From contig DCHO01000065.1 of the NCBI GenBank assembly GCA_002315655.1, positions 3,161 to 67,160 of the forward strand: a stretch of 64,000 nucleotides of DNA, in the 5' to 3' direction. The position numbers and the translations under genes were made by a program. Each line of letters begins with the position of its first letter. Within the stretch, counting starts at the first letter, position 1. Below are positions 37,748 through 43,931 of the stretch, one piece after another. A model generated the notes under the pieces. That model had not been told where the DNA came from. It saw only the letters and a list, made by a program, of their open reading frames with translations, and made no database searches. Origin of the DNA: Christensenella sp. UBA1750 (GTDB taxonomy: Bacteria > Bacillota > Clostridia > Christensenellales > UBA1750).

Positions 37748-39811
37748 TCACTCCGTTTTCAGCAGCAGCGTGTCGCCCTTTTTCATGTTGACGTCCACAA
37801 AGCACTCGTTTCCGGGCAAAGTCTCCCCGGTGAAAACCTCCACCATCCGGCACTTTTTCGGTACGTGAATGCGCTTGCAGCCGTCGGATGCAGCATGAAC
37901 GGCGATATAATCTTCGCTTGCGTACACCACATCCCCGGCGGTGTTGTAGAGCATCCCGGCAGCGCCGTTCAACAGGTCGCGCAGGGTGTTTTCCTCCGGC
38001 ACCATGGAAATGCTCGCGCAAACGGAAAAATTCTCCTCCCGCCGCAGCACGCAGAGAGCACCCATTTCGTCCTTTTTGAGCACAATGTCATGCTCCGTCA
38101 GCGCGATGCGGCGCAGCGGCGTTTCCACCGCGCCCATCTCCTGATTTTCGGGCAGTTTTTCGTTCCACGGCGCCTCATCCAAGACAAACCCGCTTGCCCG
38201 CTCCTGTTCCCCGCAGCCGAGGAACACAAGCGCCCGTCCGTCCTTTTTCCACTTTTCAAGGGCAGATAATCGTTCCGCCGTCCAGTCGCAGGGCGTGCAG
38301 AAGATCGCCATGCGGAAATTTTCCGGGTCAATGTCCGGTAGATCGTCCATCATGAACATTTTGTACGGCGCACCGATTTTGCCCAAGTGCTTCCACACCG
38401 CCTGATTCTGCGTTGCGGAAATCGCGCCGGGCGTAAAGCGGTAGAAGGTGGCATCATCCATAAACAGCGCGGTTTCGGAGGCGTTTGTGACCCCGCCGGA
38501 CAGCATGGTTTCCGCATAGAGCCGATAAGCCTTTTGGTGGAAATCCATGTACCGCTCGTCTTTGTACCAGCCGCCCCACATATCGAACCACCAGATGGCT
38601 GTATTGTGGGTGAGCACCTTTGCAAAGGCCTTTTTCATCTGCCCAAGCGAGCCTTCCACGGTGTCCGGGCCGTACCAGACCGGCCCGTCGTAGGCGCGGT
38701 TGACGTAAGGATCGGCCTTTTTGAAGCTCTCGGAGATCGGGCGGCTCAGATGCGTGCGCACGTCCGCCTCCATGAACCACGGTTTGCCGTGCAAGGCCGC
38801 CGATTCAATCGAGCCCTGAAACTGCCAGTCCACGCCCTGCCCGCGGTTGTCGGTGTAGGCAAAGGGGCTGGCGATAAAGTCCACATTTTCACTGGTAAAG
38901 AGCAGGGAAGCGGCGTGCTGCCCGGTCTCGCTGCTGCAGGCCAGATAGCCGTAAAACGCGCCGATGATCTGCTGATGCTCCGTCACGCGCTTGGCGGCGG
39001 CGCAGAGCGCGTCCGCGGCCTTCGCCATGCCCGCGTTCATAAAGGCATAGTAGTCAATCACGAACTTTTCGCTTTTCTCATCGTGCAGGGAGCCGTGATT
39101 GCCGTAAATGCGCTGCATGGCGGTGGGAAGGGAAATGTCCTCAAAGGAGGCAAACGACTTGCGCCACACCGCATTGGCTTTCTCGATGCTGCCGTACTTT
39201 TCCTTCGCAAACAGGCAGAAATCCTTCCGCGCCGGTTCGGAATAGTCGATCATCTGCTTGGGTCTGTGGTTGGGGCGGATAAATTCCTCCGTGTTTCCCG
39301 CCGCAATGTGCCAGCCGATGACGTAGCGATCCCAGCCGCTTTCCTGCACCCACTTTTGCAGATCGCAAAGCATTTGTTCCACATCCTCTATCCACTTTTT
39401 CGAGTGGAAGGACTGGTGCAGCGGCGTGCCGTGCGCATCCCGGCATACCTCGTTCGGGTTTTCCTCATCCCACCAGGAGGGCGCTTCCACCATCAGCCGC
39501 GGGATGATGTAGATTTCCCCGGGCTTGGAATTGCCCGTTACGGTGCGTAAATCCGCATCCACCTCGGAAAAATCGTACTTGCCGTAGCCCTTCCAGAAAC
39601 CGCTTCTGAACGGGCGAATGCCGCTGTTCTGGTTGATTCCCCGGTCACAGGCGTACATCGTGCAGAAAAACAGCCGCACCCCGATTTTCTTGAAATCCTC
39701 ATAGCAGCCCTTTTCCGGCTGATAGGTCAGATACGCATAAAGCGGCAGCTTTTCGCCGTTCACTTCCAGCAAAAAGGCGTTGCCGTGACGAATGATTCTG
39801 CTCTCCAACAT
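37748..39811 (-). CDS. cytoplasmic clan GH-A-like glycoside hydrolase (GH42/GH35-like, tentative)
   Basis: 687 aa from the ATG at 39811 (GAGGAAG RBS). The N-terminal barrel has WHIAAGNTEEF (an NE-type acid/base candidate), and the overall layout resembles GH42-type beta-galactosidases. The family call is not verified. Confidence 0.5.
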   Translation of the reverse strand: MLESRIIRHGNAFLLEVNGEKLPLYAYLTYQPEKGCYEDFKKIGVRLFFCTMYACDRGINQNSGIRPFRSGFWKGYGKYDFSEVDADLRTVTGNSKPGEIYIIPRLMVEAPSWWDEENPNEVCRDAHGTPLHQSFHSKKWIEDVEQMLCDLQKWVQESGWDRYVIGWHIAAGNTEEFIRPNHRPKQMIDYSEPARKDFCLFAKEKYGSIEKANAVWRKSFASFEDISLPTAMQRIYGNHGSLHDEKSEKFVIDYYAFMNAGMAKAADALCAAAKRVTEHQQIIGAFYGYLACSSETGQHAASLLFTSENVDFIASPFAYTDNRGQGVDWQFQGSIESAALHGKPWFMEADVRTHLSRPISESFKKADPYVNRAYDGPVWYGPDTVEGSLGQMKKAFAKVLTHNTAIWWFDMWGGWYKDERYMDFHQKAYRLYAETMLSGGVTNASETALFMDDATFYRFTPGAISATQNQAVWKHLGKIGAPYKMFMMDDLPDIDPENFRMAIFCTPCDWTAERLSALEKWKKDGRALVFLGCGEQERASGFVLDEAPWNEKLPENQEMGAVETPLRRIALTEHDIVLKKDEMGALCVLRREENFSVCASISMVPEENTLRDLLNGAAGMLYNTAGDVVYASEDYIAVHAASDGCKRIHVPKKCRMVEVFTGETLPGNECFVDVNMKKGDTLLLKTE

Positions 39812-39925
39812 CCATTTCTTCCTCACTTTCAGAAGAATACTAAACGATTTATAGCATAGCATATTTTGAATTAAGGTTCAACGAAATTCCCGCGCATTTT
39901 AGGCGGAAACCGCCTGTCAGATTGC

Positions 39926-40009
39926 CAAACAAGCCCTTGCGTTTCATTTTTGCAAGGGCTTGTTTGACAATCTGGCGCCTTCTGCCGATTTTTTTTCGAC
40001 AGAAGGCGT
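39926..40009 (-). terminator. two consecutive strong hairpins downstream of the AlkZ-like gene
   Basis: 15-bp stem CAAACAAGCCCTTGC (39926-39940) / GCAAGGGCTTGTTTG (39952-39966), and 9-bp stem CGCCTTCTG (39976-39984) / CAGAAGGCG (40000-40008). A clear U-tract is present only on the plus strand. Confidence 0.4.
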
Positions 40010-40013
40010 TGTT

Positions 40014-41051
40014 TTATTCTGTAAACGTGTTTTTGAGGATCATTTCCGTTTTTCTGCCAAAGCTCTTATGCAGCTGCACCTCAATGTCGTGCAGGTCGCT
40101 TTTCCGCAGCTTTTCATAGGGCTCCACCGTCACCCTGTCGTTTTCCTTCTTCCATGCCGCACGGATGCGCCCGTGCAGCAGAATGGACGGCCTGATGATG
40201 CCGGAAATGTTCGTGAGCTTGCCCAAGTGCTGTTTGTCGATCATCCTGTCCCGGAAACGGTAGCCCAAGATCATCTGGTCAAAGCCCGGAATCAGCACCA
40301 CCTTTGGAATCGCGCCGTCCGTAACCAAATCCCCTTCGTAGTAATAGGTTTTCCCCTCAAATTCCAGAGAATTGAGCGCCGGCAGAAGCATATCCAGCAG
40401 GGGATTTAACTCCGGCTTCTTTCTGTCACCGAAGAAATAGGTGCAGTCCTCCCGGGTCGCGGGGCCAAAAGACCTAAAATACCGTTTCAGAAACTCCATC
40501 CGCGCCGCATCCCGCTCCGGAATCGTGAACGGCTCCGGAATGCGATATTCCTTCGCCGTGCCTGTGCAACAGACGATGTGCCCGCGCATGACCATTTCCC
40601 CAATCAGCCCGCCCCAGCCGTAAAACACACGGGACAGCACATAATCGTCGATCCCCGCCGTAACGCACGCCGCTTTCAGCCCGTCCCGCGTGGTGTTGCC
40701 GCCCCTGACCTGCTCCACGATGAAGGGATCCCACCGATTCATATCCTTAGCTTTCATCATCCACATCCCGTCGTGGTAGGGCGCCAAATTGTCCGCCGCC
40801 GCAAGGTGCAGCCCCAATTCCTCCTTGGGAATCAGGTGCATGGTGCCCCGGTGCGACCAGATTTTATACAGGTTGTCGTCCCAGTGTTCTTCCGTGTAGT
40901 CGGACGCTCTTAATTGCAGAGACATTTTCGGGTAATTGGCAAACTGCGCCTGTAAGCCCATGAGGTCACGCAGAACTCTGTCCGTGGGTGCTTTTTCCAG
41001 CAGGTGCAACCCGCGCAGGGTGTGATAGAGCAGAATTTCCCGTTCCATCAT
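40014..41051 (-). CDS. winged-helix DNA glycosylase AlkZ/YcaQ-like protein
   Basis: N-terminal LRGLHLL...MGLQAQ...ASDY and later GTMHLIP motifs, typical of the AlkZ-like (HTH_42) family. ATGA overlap with the upstream gene. Confidence 0.65.
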   Translation of the reverse strand: MMEREILLYHTLRGLHLLEKAPTDRVLRDLMGLQAQFANYPKMSLQLRASDYTEEHWDDNLYKIWSHRGTMHLIPKEELGLHLAAADNLAPYHDGMWMMKAKDMNRWDPFIVEQVRGGNTTRDGLKAACVTAGIDDYVLSRVFYGWGGLIGEMVMRGHIVCCTGTAKEYRIPEPFTIPERDAARMEFLKRYFRSFGPATREDCTYFFGDRKKPELNPLLDMLLPALNSLEFEGKTYYYEGDLVTDGAIPKVVLIPGFDQMILGYRFRDRMIDKQHLGKLTNISGIIRPSILLHGRIRAAWKKENDRVTVEPYEKLRKSDLHDIEVQLHKSFGRKTEMILKNTFTE

Positions 41052-41443
41052 GCTTTCTTCCCCGTTTTGATAAAGGCAATGGCGCTTTCTATGTCCTCAA
41101 AGTCGTCATAGTCGCCGATGATGCCGCTTCTGTGATAGACCACACCGTTTTTCCCGTTGCGCTCCAGGCAATCCAGCAGCTCTTTCAGGCCGTATCTTCT
41201 CACAAACTCCGTAAAAGCGTAAGGTTTGACCTTCCCCAGCAGCCCTTCGCGGCAGTCCTTGTTTTCACACTCCCAGCACCCCGCAATGCCCTTTTCCTTT
41301 GAGCACTTGCGGTTTTTGCACCAGTCCTTGTCCGGGCATTCCCCCGAATTGCAGCCCGCGCAATGGGCATTTTCGCTGCAAAGGCAGCAAGCCAGCCCGC
41401 ACCGGGCAATTCCCAATTCTCTTTTCATGTTGCACCTCTCCAT
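41048..41443 (-). CDS. Cys-rich DUF3795-like protein
   Basis: CGLACCLCSENAHCAGCNSGEC...CKNRKC...GCWEC cysteine pattern, typical of DUF3795. Confidence 0.6.
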   Translation of the reverse strand: MERCNMKRELGIARCGLACCLCSENAHCAGCNSGECPDKDWCKNRKCSKEKGIAGCWECENKDCREGLLGKVKPYAFTEFVRRYGLKELLDCLERNGKNGVVYHRSGIIGDYDDFEDIESAIAFIKTGKKA

Positions 41444-41530
41444 GTTTTTGTCCTATACATCCCGGTTTCGATTTTCTCTGTCGGAGCAAACGCAAAATTG
41501 TCAATGTTTTTCTCCGTTTTCCGCAGTATA

Positions 41531-41950
41531 TCATTCCAGCCCTTCAAAAATTGCGCCCGCAAGGTTCGTAATGTCCTTGATCGGGATGGTTTTTTCACCA
41601 ATGAGGAACAGCTTTTCCTCCTGAATTTTCTGCGCCCGTCCCCAGAGCGTCACAACCTTGCCGCCTTCCTTTTTTGCGTCCTTCACAAAGAACTGCACCT
41701 TGATTTCCGGCAGCTCTCTTAATCTATCATAAAGCAAGTTGAGCCGTTCGTCCAGCATTTCTTCCTGACTTTCGCTCATTTCGATGCGCTGCAGCGTCAT
41801 GCGCCCCGCCTCGTCAATGACGTCCCCGAACCCCGACAGCGCCGCATAGGCCGCAAACTGCGCCGCCCGGTTGCCCTGCGGCATCCGTGGGTGCCTGACC
41901 GACAACGGTCGCCCGTGCCGCATCATGTCCCAATACCGATTGCCCTCCAT
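41531..41950 (-). CDS. YolD-like protein (accessory to Y-family polymerases)
   Basis: 139 aa, 25 nt downstream of the polymerase gene. The R..P..F.AF.AL.GF pattern (NRAAQFAAYAALSGF) is typical of the YolD family. Confidence 0.6.
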   Translation of the reverse strand: MEGNRYWDMMRHGRPLSVRHPRMPQGNRAAQFAAYAALSGFGDVIDEAGRMTLQRIEMSESQEEMLDERLNLLYDRLRELPEIKVQFFVKDAKKEGGKVVTLWGRAQKIQEEKLFLIGEKTIPIKDITNLAGAIFEGLE

Positions 41951-41974
41951 AATCCATCCTCGATTCGCTGACCG

Positions 41975-43501
41975 CTATTTCTTATGTCCGCCGATCATCC
42001 CGTTGCGCGCCTTCGCCGTCGCCCCTTCTTCCAGGTTCATGCCCATGAGCACCGCGTTTTTCCCGAATTTCCGGCGGATTTCCAGCACGGCCTGTGCTCG
42101 CTTCTTCTCCTTTTCCTCCCGCGCCAGCTCTTCCTCCAGCTTTTCCGGGTTTCCGAAATCCTCATCCAGCAGATTGAGCTGAATCTTTTCCCCGTCCTTT
42201 TCCAGCTCCTCCTCGGTCACAAGATTCCCCGCTGAAATCACCATGCGCCGCACCAGCAGACACGGGTCAGTGATGCGCGAAAAGATGCCCATGATGGCCG
42301 CAACCAGCACCTTTCCCGAGGAGGTTTTGTGCGGCAGGCGCGTGCTGCCGTGCACCGCCTTGGGCACCAACCGTCCGTAAAAGTCCTTCTCGATCACGCC
42401 CTTGTAATTCTCCCGCCGCTTGGGGTCATTGAGGTTCTCCACATCATACCCGATGTAGACCTCCACCTGATCGGTGAGCACCTTTCTGTCCACCAAGTCC
42501 AGTGCCAGCAGATCGGCCATCTCCTGCACCACAAGATAGGCTTTTTCGTTGGTGTAGGGCTCCGGCAGCACCTGTCCCGAGCTCAGGGAATTGTTGATGG
42601 GCTTATAACTTTTAATATCCTTGATGGTGCAGGGCTCATAGCCCCAGGCGTGGTCGATGATGAGCTCCGCATTGATGCCGAACAACTTGTAAAGCAGCTC
42701 CTCGTTGTGCGTGTCGCCCCGGGAACCGATGGAGCACCGCGCCACATCCCCCATGGTGAACATCCCGTATTTCTGCAATTTTCTCGCCGTTCCCGGCCCG
42801 ATGCGCCAGAAGTCCGTCAGCGGCCTGTGGCTCCACAGCCGCTCCCGGTAGGTGTATTCATCCAGTTCCGCGATACGCGCCCCGTTCTCGTCGGGCGGCG
42901 AGTGCTTCGCCTCAATGTCCATGGCGATCTTGCACAGGTACAGGTTGCTCCCGATGCCCGCCGTCGCCGTGATGCCCGTTTCCGTGTAAACCTTCTTGAT
43001 CATTTCCTCCGCCAGCTTCCGCGCCGACTTGCGGTACAGCTCCATGTACGGCGTGATGTCGATGAACACCTCGTCGATGGAGTAAACGTGCATATCGTCC
43101 TTCGACACAAACTCCCGGTAAATATTGTAGATGCGCGTGCTGTAATCCACATACAGGCTCATGCGCGGCTTTGCGCAGATGAAATCCAACTCCAGCCCGT
43201 CATTTGCCTTCAATTCCCGGTCAAACAGCGTCTTTCCCGTAAATTCCCCGCCCGGCGCGTGGCTTTTGCGGTAGGCGTTCACCGCGTTGACCCGCTCTTT
43301 CAGTTCAAACAGCCGCCCGCGCCCCGGAATCCCGAACCCCTTCAGCGCCGGCGACACCGCAAGGCAGATGGTCTTGTCCGTCCTGTCCTCGTCCGCCACC
43401 ACCAGATAGGTGTCCAGCGGGTCAACCTTGCGCTCCCGGCACTCCACGGAGGCATAGAACGATTTTAGGTCAATCGCCAGATAGGTCTTTTCCGCCTTCA
43501 C
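41975..43501 (-). CDS. Y-family (translesion) DNA polymerase, UvrX/UmuC-like
   Basis: YLAIDLKSFYASVECRERKVDPL N-terminus with catalytic Asp/Glu, SIDEVFIDIT, and little-finger region. I place the start at the GTG at 43501 (GGAAGGAGGG 8 nt upstream). The ATG at 43537 lies inside an SOS box. Confidence 0.85.
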   Translation of the reverse strand: MKAEKTYLAIDLKSFYASVECRERKVDPLDTYLVVADEDRTDKTICLAVSPALKGFGIPGRGRLFELKERVNAVNAYRKSHAPGGEFTGKTLFDRELKANDGLELDFICAKPRMSLYVDYSTRIYNIYREFVSKDDMHVYSIDEVFIDITPYMELYRKSARKLAEEMIKKVYTETGITATAGIGSNLYLCKIAMDIEAKHSPPDENGARIAELDEYTYRERLWSHRPLTDFWRIGPGTARKLQKYGMFTMGDVARCSIGSRGDTHNEELLYKLFGINAELIIDHAWGYEPCTIKDIKSYKPINNSLSSGQVLPEPYTNEKAYLVVQEMADLLALDLVDRKVLTDQVEVYIGYDVENLNDPKRRENYKGVIEKDFYGRLVPKAVHGSTRLPHKTSSGKVLVAAIMGIFSRITDPCLLVRRMVISAGNLVTEEELEKDGEKIQLNLLDEDFGNPEKLEEELAREEKEKKRAQAVLEIRRKFGKNAVLMGMNLEEGATAKARNGMIGGHKK

Positions 43502-43531
43502 GCTCCATGCCCTCCTTCCGCTCCTAAGCAC

Positions 43532-43590
43532 GCACATACGTTCCCCGCTTTTTCTATTTCAAGTATAAAACATACGTTCTCATTTTGCAA
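43532..43590 (-). promoter_or_regulatory. SOS-regulated promoter: TTGCAA-17-TATACT with two LexA (Cheo-type) boxes
   Basis: Minus strand: -35 TTGCAA (43590-43585), -10 TATACT (43567-43562). Box GAACGTATGTTT (43579-43568) fills the spacer. A second box GAACGTATGTGC (43543-43532) lies 36 nt downstream. Confidence 0.65.
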
Positions 43591-43668
43591 TACCTTTTTT
43601 CAACTTTTGCAGCTTGGAAATCTTTCTCTCTTCCTGCGGACTTTTTTTGCAAATCCCTCCATCCCGTC

Positions 43669-43697
43669 TTGACGAAACGCCCCTCCCATGCTATACT
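43669..43697 (+). promoter_or_regulatory. sigma-A-type promoter of tRNA-Leu
   Basis: TTGACG (43669-43674), 17 nt, TATACT (43692-43697), 9 nt before the tRNA 5' end. Confidence 0.7.
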
Positions 43698-43706
43698 TAT
43701 TCTCGC

Positions 43707-43792
43707 GCCGAAGTGGTGGAATGGCAGACACAAGGGACTTAAAATCCCTCGAGGGAAACTTCATGCGGGTTCGAGCCCCGCCTTCGGCACCA
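43707..43792 (+). tRNA. tRNA-Leu(UAA): tRNA-Leu, anticodon UAA, with encoded CCA
   Basis: Hand-folded cloverleaf: acceptor GCCGAAG/CTTCGGC, anticodon arm AGGGA-CTTAAAA-TCCCT, long variable arm, T-arm GCGGG-TTCGAGC-CCCGC, discriminator A plus CCA. Confidence 0.9.
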
Positions 43793-43795
43793 TGA

Positions 43796-43821
43796 AAAAG
43801 CACCTGAGAGGGTGCTTTTTT
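43796..43821 (+). terminator. intrinsic terminator of tRNA-Leu
   Basis: Stem AAAAGCACC / GGTGCTTTT, loop TGAGAG, and a T-run. Confidence 0.8.
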
Positions 43822-43867
43822 CAATGAAGCCGCCCTATGGGCTAATGAAGAAACGCTGAAACACATC

Positions 43868-43913
43868 TAAAAAAGCAGAGCACACGAAAGATTTGACTCT
43901 TTTGTGTGCTCTG
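43868..43913 (-). terminator. intrinsic terminator of the giant glycosidase gene
   Basis: 10-bp stem CAGAGCACAC (43876-43885) / GTGTGCTCTG (43904-43913). On the minus strand it is followed by CTTTTTT. Confidence 0.7.
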
Positions 43914-43931
43914 TGCCTGTTTGGGTTCCGT

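Noticed and set aside
38387-39550. 387-aa plus-strand ORF, and similar ones at 35475-36128, 36708-37604 and 42329-43468
   Set aside because: All are antisense to well-supported minus-strand genes (GH-like, GRE, polymerase). They are R/G/H/A-rich with no motifs.
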